Shown here: positions 35,087 to 47,000 of the stretch, piece by piece | How the letters are laid out: each line of letters opens with the position of its first letter | Numbering within the stretch: position 1 is the first letter of the stretch | IMG/VR virus record: IMGVR_UViG_3300009177_000032 | Coordinates: 14,673 to 78,672 of that record | Direction: 5' to 3' (one strand) | DNA length: 64,000 bases | Source of the DNA: a virus | Notes under the pieces: generated by a model | Told to the model about the DNA's origin: nothing | Database searches by the model: none | Seen by the model: only the letters and a program-made list of their open reading frames with translations | Position numbers and translations under genes: made by a program

Positions 35087-38000
35087 TGCGCTCGCGGCCT
35101 GAGTGACCTAATCCCGCCTGCACCAGTCCTCCGGAGAGCTCCGGCCCTTCCACCTGGGCGCCGAATTGACGGACCTCGTGGACCGCGGAGGCTCCTCGCC
35201 GGCAATCGCACCCCGCGCCTGAGATTGGGAAGCCGAGCAGCTCCACGTAACGGAGCTCCCCCGCCTGCAGCTATGCTCGGCACCTGCGCATTTTGCGGGG
35301 TGACATACCTGCTCGCGCTCCCGGTCGGCACCTGGCCATTTCCCGGCGCCGTTTTGGATAGCGCTTCCATTGCCGAGGTGTCGACCCCGACGCTCTGCAA
35401 AGCCGTCTGGTTCGCCTGATTGAAGGCTGTGCGGATATCGCTGAGGGTTGCGTCCGGTCCGAGGGCCTCGAGCGACTGCTTGAAATTCTGGCCTCGAGCG
35501 ACTGAGTAGTCAGCAAGCTCCGTCTTGTTCATCGGGCGGTACTCGCCATCGATTGGATAGCCTTTGGCTGAATCAACCGCGGGCGGCCGATATCCTGAAT
35601 TGAGCAGCGCCGCATAAGGTGCGAGCGCCTTAGCTTGTTCGGTGTCCACTATGCCAGGGTAGATCCCCATCACCCCGCCGCCGGCTGTCAGCGTTTGGAT
35701 CCAGCGCTGGACCGCGTCCGGTGTCCCGACAGGGTCGCCGAGGATGTTGACGGCCCGCGCCTGGCTCGTCGGCAGCGGGACGAGGAAGTCCCAAAAGCCC
35801 GAGAGCTTGGAGTCCATATTCACACCAGCTCCGCGCGCAAACTCTTGGTAAGCTGGCAACCCGAGGATGTTGGGCGAGACGTAGGCCGCAGCCATCTTCG
35901 AGACGTTGGGGACCCCATATTCAGTCCCGCTCTGCACCACGCCAGAGAATGCTTTGCCGGAGATAAGCGTCCCCCAAAGGCTTTGAGCTGCGATCGAGGC
36001 AATGTCGAGCGCGCCGATGGGCGGGATTTTACCGGGAGCAATCCCCTTCTTTTCGGCTTCAGCATTCAGCTTCTCTTGCGCCTTCTCGCGCGCCATGACC
36101 GCCTCGAGAATTGCCCCAGCTGTCGCCGCATACGGCGCAAAGGCCGAGGCGAGCCCGACCGTCAAAGACATTGGGATGAACTCGTGATCGTTGAGGACGA
36201 GCTCAATCGTCCCCGATCGGTGACCTTGCGCCTCCCAAAGTTCACGCTCTGCTTTGTTCTTCGGCCCCCTCAGGAATACCCGGATGAGGCCCGCGAACAC
36301 CATGCCCATGATGAGCGCGCCGAGGATGCTGCCCACAATGGCCTGCACCCGTCTTTGATACCGGTCCTCCTCACTCCAGAACCATGGGGACTCCTCGTCT
36401 CCGCCCATGCCAGGAACCTTGATTGCTCCCTGGGCGTAGAGCGGCGTGAAAAAGAGCGAGTAATTGATGCCGGTGCCGACTGCGTTGGCAAAGCGTGCGA
36501 AGCTGAAAGGCAAGCCGATGTTCGCCGCAAACCCTGACGCCATCTTGCCGGCGCCAGCGACAAGCCCGCCAAGCCCGTGGGTCACGCGCTCTTGCCAGGC
36601 GATCGTACGACGCAGCTTCTCGTTTTTCGCACGGAAGTCATCCGCCGGAAGCCCAAGCGCCCGGATATCCTCGTAGATATTTGAGCGGACCAAGTTCCAA
36701 GCAGCCTCGTTGACCTCGTTGGGGCCGGCATTCTCGCCCAACACCTGGCGGGCCAGCGCCATGGCCGCATCCCGCTTCTCTTTGAGGTTGCCAAGTATCC
36801 GGTCTTTGTTGGCCGCAATCTCGGCTTTGTCCATGCCGCGCTCCCGCAACTCGCCTTCAATCTGATTGGCGAGCTCCTGAAACTCCGCCGGAACACCCTG
36901 GAAATTATCGACGGCTTGAACGAACCGGAGGCTAAACCGGGCGAGCCCCAGGAGGCGCAACACCGCGGCTTTGCCGTGCTGACCCTTTTCCGAAGCTGCC
37001 TTTGCCTCGGCTTCCATTCGTTCGAACATCAACACGCCCGTAACCAAACGGTCCACATTTCGACTCTGGCCACGACCAGCCAAGGCCGAGCGGGCGGACG
37101 CTATAGCCGGCCTAAGTGCTTTGAGCGCTCGTCCGTACCCGTCGGCCAAAGCAACATTGAGGTCGCGCCACGCCGACTCTCTGCTCCCCTCGGCTTGCCG
37201 CATCCAGGCAACACCGGCCGCCCTGGTAGGGATGTGCCAAAAGAGTTGGCTGATGATGTGTGTCGGGAGGCGGAGGGCAAACCCGACCTTGAGCAGCATA
37301 TTGGCTACCTCAAACTCGTTGATGGCGTCGGCAATGTTCCGCCGGCTGTTCCACGCATTGCGCCAGGATTGCACGCTGAATCCGGGGAACACGATCGGGC
37401 GAGTCATCTTCGCCCAAAGCGCGCTTATATCCTTCGAGAGAGTGCCACGTCTCTCCTCGGTGAGAGCGTCTCGAGCAGCCTGGGCCCGCCGAAGCGCTTC
37501 CGCGTCGTTTCCGGCCTGAGCCCGTTCCTCGGGGGTGAGTTCCTGCAGCTTCTGGATCTGAGCCGCCAAGTCCTTGAACCGCTTAACCTGAGCCTCCGTG
37601 GGAGGTGTCCATCCTTTTGCGGCCGCAATTTGGCGCAAGACGTCGGTCGAGTCGAAAATGCCGGCATTAGCAGCCGCCACAATCTTATGCCAGAGCGGTT
37701 TCCCCGGGCGCGCAAACTTTCTTTCCTTGGGTGTAAGCCCGTCTGTCGCACGCTTAATTGCCTGGACCCGTGCCTTTTCGAACAGGTTTTGATAGGCCGC
37801 TTCGAACAAGGCCGCAGCCCGGTCAGCCACTTCGGCGGGCACCCCATACCGGTTGATGAGGATTTGGCTGAAGTTTTGGGCAATCTGAGCCTGCCGATAG
37901 AAGGGGGTGTCTAGAGCCTGGCGGACCAGATCCGAGGCTTTCGGCATCACCCTTTGGATAATGCTCTTGTTCGCCACGGTCTGGACGTACTCGACAAGGT

Positions 38001-41000
38001 CAAGCCGCGGGTCGCGAAAGAGGCCAGCATTGATTTTAGCGCCTAGCCTCGCTTCAGGCGTAAGCGTAGCGCCACGTTCTTGAGGCGGTTGGAACAAAGG
38101 GGCGCGAACTCGCTCCCGAGCTCTCTCAAGCTGTCCTGCTAATTGTGTCTCGATAATGGACAGGACCCTAGCCCTTGTGCCTTCGTCGGCTCTGGACAGG
38201 TCCATGTTGGCCTCGAGGTTGGCCCAATAGGCGTCCAAGACCCTGGTAACCTCGGCCTCCGGCTCTTGCGCGAGCTTCTCGAGGTCGATACGGGTATCCG
38301 CAGGGCGCTGCACCGGTGCCTTGAACCGGGTTTTGCTGAAATCCTCGCGGATGAGGTCCTGAGCCGTCTTGAGCGTAACCGGGTCATATCCGACGAGGTT
38401 GTCTCGGATATCCTTCCAATGCCGATACTCCGGCTGGTCGAGCCCGCGCTCGATTTGGTCCCTGGTTGGCTCCTCTCCGGCCTGGAAATTGGCGAGCAGC
38501 TCCTGCCGTTCTTCGTCGCTTTGCGCATCCAACAGCGCTTGCTTACGGCCGGCATTGAATTCCGCAGCCTCGACCGCAGCCCGCATGATCCCGTTTATCT
38601 TGGCCGAGGTCGCGGGCGTCATGAGGTGGATCAGCCGGTCGACCGCCGTCAGCTTCGTAGGCTTTGGCGTCGGTTTCGGTTCAATCCCCTGCCTTGCAGC
38701 CTGCTCGAGGAAGCTATTTACCGCCTCCTCGGTCCTGGCATCGCTCTGCAGCTTGGCCAGCGTTTTCTTGAACTTCGGCTTGAGCAACCGCTGCACCCAT
38801 CGATAAGCCGCGTTGCCCTCATCGTGGATCCGCAAGGCAATCGTTTTGTCGACCAGGTCTTTGAGCGCGGGCTTTTCCTCGAGCGCCTTCGAGATCTCCT
38901 CGTCGGTGAAATAATCCCGCATGTGATCGGTGATGCGCGCCAGGATCTTGCGGATAAAGTCCCCGCCGAAAGCGTCCGAATAGGTCCGCGCCAGGATCGT
39001 ATTGACGTTGCGCGCCACGTATTGGGCCGTTTTCCTGAGCCCCGCCAGCACTCCGAGCATTAAACCACGGTGGGATGCCTCCCCCTGAGTGACCGCGTAG
39101 AGCTCGGCCTTGAGTGCCGGACTAAACGCCGTGACGTCATCCCCGACCATGTTGTTGCGGATTGAGTTGATGAGGAAACCCAATGCCCCTTTTGCCATGG
39201 TTTGCCCTGGCTGCTGTTGGGTCGATATATCGTCCTGCACCAGCTTGAGCAGCCGGCGCCCCTCAATCTCAGATTCGAAGTCGGGGTCCACCAGCTCGTA
39301 ATACCCGTTGTCCTCGGAGGGGATGACCTGCAGTCCGGCCCTCGTAAAGGTCTGCTCTGCGTGCCTCTTACCGGCCTCGAGCATTTCCGGGCTCATCTGC
39401 TCGCGCCCAAGGATCGTGTCGATTACCCCCATGCGCTGTGTGGTGACCTTCTCGTTGTCGAGCTCGAGGTCGGCCATGTTGAGCCCCTCATCCTCGGGTA
39501 GCTCGGTTTTCTCCGGTCCAGGCTCGGCTTGCCAGCGCTCGAGCTCGGCTCCGGCCTCCGGAGTGTTCCGGTAACGCCCGTTCAAAAGGTCGCTGATAAC
39601 CCGTTTGATACCCGGTTTGTACCCGATAACCCGCCGGAGCGCTTCGAGCAGCCCATTGAGCCATTCCCGGATCCTGGCAAGCAGCCGCTGAAAGAGGGAC
39701 TCCTCCTTGTGGTAGAACGGATTTGACCGCGCGTACTCGTTCCCTGCCACGCCGGCAAGGTACTCCTGCGGACTGGACAGATAATACCAGCGATCGAGGA
39801 ATGCCTTAAGCTCGGGGTGCGCGCCGACGATATCGGCCATCGCCCGGAGGAAATCCTCGGAGTGAATGCCATCACGCGCCATCATCCTGCCGAGCAATTC
39901 TTGCACCTCCGGCGGAAGCGCCGTTGCGTCTTTCACCGTGCCTAGCGCCTGCTGAATCTCCTCCTGGCGATATTGCTCGACCTCGGCCCTAACCTCAGGA
40001 GGCAGTAGCTCCCAAAGGAAGTGGAATATTTCATGTGGAAATGTCCCCGGCCGCGCGCCCTTCGAGAGTTCGATGAGCTGGTTTGCGATGTTTGCCCGCC
40101 CTGAAACGTCCCCAGGCAGACGGTCCCGCACAGAAACCATGAGCTTGGACCAATCCAAATTGCGCATCACCGGCTCGGAAAGGAGTGCCAGGGCAACCCG
40201 TCGGGCCTCATCCGATATCTTAAGCTCCGGATCTTCGAACATCCGCCGGATGCCTTCGATGCCGACGCCACTTGCCGCCTCTCCCGTCGCCGTTTCCCCT
40301 GGGGCCTCGATGCTCGAGCGGCTGCGCCCGGAGCTCCCCCGCGTGTTGGAGTCTGCCACTAACGGGATCAGTGGCGTAGCTTCGCCGATGGCCTTGAAAT
40401 TCTGGCCGGTGATCTTAACGATGCGATCGATCGCCGCCGGCATATCCTCCTCGGACACATTGGCAACCATGCGATTGCCGCGCTTGTCAAAGTCCCCGGT
40501 GATATCGCGGAGCGGCCCGTCGAGGTAAATCGTCCCTCCCGTCGACTTTGCCGCTGGTGTCGAGATCTGGAACGTCCGATCGCCCCAGCTCGGTCTTACA
40601 ATCCGCACAACCTGGCCGCTCTCAATCGGTATCCTGTCCGCCCCCGCCTTAGCGTGAGTGACAAGGAAGTGAGTTGCCGCAGTCCCGTTGACGAGCTCGA
40701 GCCTCGGATCGCTCACCAGTTGAGCCGGTCCCCAGTTACGGGGCATCTGCAGCCCGGTGACAACCTGTCCCTCCGAGGACTTGAACCGGACCATTTTGCC
40801 ACGGCCGCCCGTAGACACATATCCCTGGATCGGATTGCCCACGACAAAGAACCGCTCATACCGCGCATTCTTGTCCCCGGGCCCGAGGTCCGATGGCACG
40901 GAGTTCGACGGCCCAAGCTCCCATCCCTCTTGCCCGCGGAACTGAGCGCCGTTGATATAGGCAACCCCGCCCGGAGCGTGGAGCAGGAATTTGAACCGGA

Positions 41001-44000
41001 AAGCGCCAGGACTAAAGCGATTGGTCGGAAATCGAACCTCGGTGAGCATGCCCTGGAATTCATCCCCGGTCGCGTTGTTTTGCAGCTTCACGACTCTGCC
41101 GGCATCCTCCATTACCAAGTCGGCCATCGCCTTTGCCGCGCTCCACCGCCGGCGCGCAGCCTCTACCTGACCGGCCCTAACATTGATGCTGATCCCTTCG
41201 GATTCGTGCGCGGTGACCTCCTTCTCGCTCAACTCAGCCTTTCGGTCCTCGTCGGCTTGCCACGCAGCGCGCTCTTGATTGATGCGCGCCTCCATTTCGT
41301 CGAGCTTTGCATCCCCGTTAGCTTTGACTTCGTCCCAGTCTTGCAGAAGTTTCTCGCGCCCGCCCGTCTTGCGCTGGAATTCATTGACCATTTCGTCGCC
41401 CGTGGGGACGTGCCTCAGGTCCCGGATGTTCCAGATCTGCAAGCGAGTGCTCGCCGTGAATATGTTGCTCTCGTCGGTGCCGGCCTTGAGCTGCTGATCG
41501 TCTTGGAGCCGACCGTCCCAGTCGTCATGCACCACAATCTCGAGGTCATACTCACCAGTGGCTTTGAGCTGCTCAATACGCTGCCGGTAAGCAGGGAGGA
41601 TGTAGTCGTAAGCCTGCTTCTGGCTCGAGTCCGGCAAAAGCGCCATGCGGCCAGTGAACCGGCGCGCCAGGTCCCGATCGTAATCGAGCGTCCCGTCGTC
41701 CTTCTGACTCACGAACAGCCCAAGCATGCTCTGGATCTCCGGGGTCTGGTCGAGGTACTCCGCCACGATGGCATCCCCGTATTTGTTGAAAATATCCTCA
41801 GCATCGATCTTGATCGCGCTGTCGCTGTCCGCCGTGGTGTTGGCATTCAGTGACTTCATTTTGCGCGCCGTCATCGCCGCGGGCCTCAACTCGGCTTGGA
41901 TTGGCAGGACCAAATGAGTGTAGCGCGCGCCGTAGGGGACCTCGCCTTGTGGCGTTTTGTAACGTCCGAGCAGCACCATGCCCGTGCGACGGATTCGGCC
42001 AAGGGTCTGCATGAACACATTGATATCAAGCGCAGGCTGAGCAATGACCATGTGCCGCGGGCGTTTATCCGTGACTTCCTTTTTCTCGGAAGCGTGCGCG
42101 CTTAAGCCCGTGCTGCCGCTCGCGTTGAGGAGCATCCCATCATAGGTCCCGTTGTTGAACCCGTTGACGACCGTGTTTTTGTTCGCCTTCTTGAAATGTT
42201 TGTAGGTCGCCTCGCCCGTTTCGAAATTCGTGTATTCGAGCCCGCTCTCCCGCCCGGTCAACTCCGCTATCTTCACCCCCTCGGCCTTTAGCCGCTGGAT
42301 GATGTAATCGATCGGGCTGATTGGGAACTTGCTCTCAATCGCGTCTGCAGCGCGCTGGATTGACCGGTAGAGATCCCCGAGCCCGTATTCGTCGGGGTTG
42401 ATAATGATGATGTTGGTTTGGCCCCCAGGCAGCTTTTCCTTTGCCCGAAGCGTCCGGCTGAGCGCGTGCCTGGTCAGCTCGTTCCAGCGGAGCGTAATGC
42501 TTTGCACTGGCTGGATATTGTGATCGGTAACGAACTGGTCGAGGAAACTCTCCATCGTGTTCATCAAGGCGATCACCGGCTTTTCGCCGGCCTTGATGGC
42601 TGCAACACACTCGGCAACTACCTCCTCCGCCTTGGCCGCGAGCAGGAGCTGACTAACCTGATTGTGGACGATCGCGGCAAAGTCCGTCATGTCGGTCGCG
42701 TTTTGCGACATTGCCGTCGACTCGTTCCCCTCGCCCTCTGCAAGAACCGCGTCCCGTATGCGCTCGCTGAAATCGACGATCTGCGAGAGAACGTCCGTAA
42801 CTGCGTCGACTTCCTCGGTGAGCTTGGCCAGGTCCTTGACCTCGACCATTTTCATATCGTAGCGCACACCGGTAAAGTCCCGCTCCCGCCTGACATACTG
42901 TCCCGCCTTGGCCAGCGCTTCCGATACCGCCTGCTGCAGCGCAACCCCGCCCTTCTTCATGGCTTCGACGATCTGCCCAAAGTTTTGCGCGGCCTTGCTC
43001 AGCCCGGTCCGGAAGTACACCGGCATGTTTTCGGGACGTTTCGCGTACGTTGCGCTCAGGTAGGCCACGCCTCCCATGCCAGCCTTTGCCCCGTTGGCAT
43101 TGAGTATGCCCGGAACGTGGATCGTCATGGTCAGCCCCGTAACAGGGTTCTTGCGTTTGACGCCTGGACCGCCGCTAAAGAAAGCGGCCTGCATCGATGA
43201 CTCGGCATCGCCCGCGGCCTCGTGCGCCTCGTCCATCACGATCACGACCGGGTTTTGCCGCGAGAGCTGCTCGAGGAATTCCTGGCGCGCATTGCGCACA
43301 TTGACTTGCGAGTAGGTCGAGAAAATGGCGTTGAACTTATCGGGGTCCCATCCGTTTTGGAGAATATCGTTGATGATGCGCCGTTGGATCTCCGAGGAAG
43401 GAGCCGACACAAGCCGATTGCCGGCAGCGTCCACGATCGAGGCTTTCGCCGGGTCCCCGAAGATGAGCGGCTTAACGATGGTATGGATATCCTTCAGGTC
43501 CCCCCACATATCGGAAAACAGCTTCGGGTCTTTGGTGAAGAACACCGGGATCATTCCATTGAGCAAAGCGTAACGGATAAAGGCCGCAGCCTGGCGCCCT
43601 TTGCCTATGCCAGTCTCGTCGCCGATCACCAATGCCCCGCCGGTTTCGAACTGGTAAATACCAAGGGCAACACCGTCGATTTGGTCCGCCGCGAGGATCG
43701 TCCGTATCTCCATGACGTCCATGTGTAGCCGGTCCGCTACATATTCATCGATCGACCCGTGAGCCTTTTTGATGGCATCGAGCGCGTCGAAAACACCTTG
43801 CGCGATGTTCTTCGGGATGAGCGTGCCGAACGGGGAGCCATCTGAGCGAGGCTCGTAAGGGACCTGATACTCGGTCGCGTTTACCTTCGGGGGTTGCTTC
43901 GGACTGGTCGTCTCTTTCGGCGGGAGCTTTTCTTCAGCCTGCTCCTGCTGGACGTCCTGCATGAACCGCTTGAGGTACGGCTTGATGACGTCGCCGACCT

Positions 44001-47000
44001 TCTGGATCCAATACTTCGCAAAATCGAGTAGCGACTTGCCCGCTTTTTTGAACTGCTCCCACGCCTCTTGAAAATGTTTCTTCGCCTCCGCGTAGGTCTT
44101 TTCGTTGAAGGGCGGGACACCGAAAACACCGCCGAGGTTGCTGCCGCCGAACAGATCGGTAAGTCCCTGGACCGCCTTATCGATACCAGTGATCCCCTGT
44201 TTGGCGAGGTCACTGATTATGTCCGCTGCCGCTTTGGTCGTCGCGCCCGGAGCTCCACCGGCCGGGGGCGGGGTGCCTTCGAGCGTTTCACTAACTGGCG
44301 CTTTCGTTGCACCCTTGGTGGATTTCGTTCCACTTTTGCCCTGTTTCTTTCCAGCCGGCCGGGGCTGCTTAGGCTTCGTGGGCTTCTTGACCTGTTCGCT
44401 GGCCGTGTCGAGAAGATTGTCGAGATCCGCGTCGGTGAGATCGGTAATGTCCGAGCCGGCAGGACGGTCTAAAGCACCCTTGCCAGAAAGCTCTCCAGAC
44501 TTTCCTCCGCCAGGAGCTGCGCCGCCTCCGGTTGGGGCATTAGCTGGCGCGCCTTTACCGCCTCCTTTAGCCCCGCCTTCCACTGGTGGAGCGGTCCCCC
44601 CTCCGCCGCCGGGTTGTTTAGCAGGTAAGCCGGCGCCTTTGGATCCTCCAGTAGTTTCCCCGGAAGGAAGTTGAGCGCCTCCTGCGGGAGGTCGTTGTCC
44701 AGTTGGCGATTGGCCTGCTCCAGCTCCTTCTCCGACGCCTCCCTCCTCAGTCGTTGTAACATCCCCACTTGGAGCGCCAGGAGCTCCTCCGCCGACCGCG
44801 GGGGGCCTTGAGCCAGGAGGTAATAGGTTAGGTACTCCGGCTGTTCCGCCGGTGCCCAAGCTATCTCTGTAGGCTGTAACTGCATCTCTGGTTTTCTGCG
44901 CTTCGTCCCAAAGCTGCTCCCACGTGTCGTAACGCGCAACACTTTTTGGGCCCAGGTCGCCGGACTGTCCGATCGGGATGGGCGTTGTTTTGCGCCCCGC
45001 AATCACGATGATCTGAACCGGCCACTTGGCTCCCTGACGTGCGTAGAGGTCGCCGCTAAGCTCGAAATTGGCAACGACATTATAATGCGCGTAGAGCCAA
45101 TTCTCGAAAACCCAAAGCGCTCCCCTGTTCTCTCGCCCCGCGTTGGGCTCCATGCCGGCACCGAGGATAATACCCGCCGTCCCTGTATCCTCCATCGAGG
45201 TAAGCCCGCGAGCAGCGATGATGTGCTCAATCTTCTTGAGCCCGTAGCCGTCGACCGCCGTCGGTTGCTTGATCGTACCAAAGGGCGGGTTGAGGTGCAC
45301 GATCTCGAACTTTCGCGGAGAGCTGTAGTTGAGCGCGTTCTCTCCCGTTACCGTGCCAATGCCGAGCTTCCTCAGGTTCTCACGCCGCTCCGCGTTGAGC
45401 TCGTTGCCCTCACTGCGCGCAAAGTTTCCGCCGATAAAGAGCATGCCGTTGCCGGCCGTATCGTCGAACAGCGCCGTTTGCGGAGTGACGCCAGTCATGT
45501 GCCCCAGGGCAAACGCCATCGGGGCAGGAGTCGAGTAAGCCTGATTTTCGATGCTCGTGCTCGTCCTGGCCGACAAGTTTGGCTGCTCGTTGTAAGCCTC
45601 AACGAGCTGATGGAACTTAAACAATGCCCCACGGTCTGGCCGGATTGCCAGAGCCTGAGAGGATCGAACGATCTGCAGCTCGACCTGTTCCTGCATCTGC
45701 TTCACCGATATCCCGCGCTGAGCTGCGAGCTTCTTCAAATTGACGGCCATTTGCTGCGAGCTCACGTTCGAGTTGAGGATCCCAAGGATCTCATGATCGT
45801 CGGTCTGCGGAGCGGTTTCCTCGCCGGCGATTTTGAAATCAGGTGCCCCGCCCTGCAGATCCTTCAATCGGGCGTAGATCGTAATCCCGCGGCCCTTGAT
45901 ATACGCATCCCCCGGAGCCGGATAATTGACCCCTCCTTCAAACCACGTACCGGTAACGTGCGCGCCGACGTGCGGACTAAAATTGGCAGCCATTTCGCGC
46001 AACCGGTCTTGTAGCAGACTGATCACCTTTTCCCGCGGGGCGTCCGCTGGCGGGCCCAGGAGTCGCTCGCGCATCTCGTCGGACATTGGCGCGCCAGGAG
46101 GCGGGACAGCTCCGGGCTTCTGTTTCTTCTTCGCGTCGGCAATAAGCGTGTTGAGCGTTTTCAGCGTCTCCCGGATGGGAGGCCATTCCGCCATTTCCGA
46201 CCGCGTGACCCCTGGCTTTTGGTAGGTCTGATAAGCCTGCTTCACTCCGGCCACGTTGAGCTTGAGCTCGTCCGCTTGGCGCAAGAGACTGCTAATGACC
46301 GAGAGGTCCATCCGCTCATCGCTACTGAGCTTGACTGGCTGTTTAGGGTGCCACTCGCTGTAGGGCGGGACCTCGCCGTCAATGATCGTGTCCCCTTCGT
46401 GCAATGTACCGTGACTCCATTTTCCGCTAGGAGTGAGATAAGCGACGACCGGTTTATTACCTGGCAGTGGCTGGCCTGGGGACTGCTCCCAATACCCTCC
46501 GAAAAGGCCAGGAACGATCTGCCCGTCTGCGGTCTGGATCGCAATCGGTGTGTTGTTGGCCGGGATTGCCGGCAGCTTCTCCCAGTCGATGGACTTTAGC
46601 GGAGTGATCGGGGCTTGTGGCGGAGGTACGGGAGGAGCCCCCGATGGTAACTGAGGATTGACCGCGGGCGGGACGCCTGGCGCACCAGTCCCCCCCGTCG
46701 GAGTGACCGCACCTGTTTCGATTTGTGGCGCTTGGAGGAGACGCGCTCCGGCAGGTCCTTGAACTCCACCGGGGCCTCCTTCTGGAACCGGCGGAACACC
46801 TTCGGTTTGTTGAGCCGGAGTTTCACCCATTGGGCCTTGCTGACGATTGGCATAGTTATCTCCTTGTGTTAGCAAAGCCTTTGGCTGCTCCGATCCGTAA
46901 AACGCAACCAGCGTTTCCGGGGATAAGCCAAGGTAGCTCTGCCAGAATTTGCTATCTATTGTCGGTCTGAGAGTCGTGATCCGTGTCGTCGGGTTGCGCG

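Noticed and set aside
35635-46014. Several 260-400-aa plus-strand ORFs opposite the giant gene
   Set aside because: Typical antisense shadows caused by codon bias; no RBS or domain signatures, unlike the two same-strand nested ORFs.
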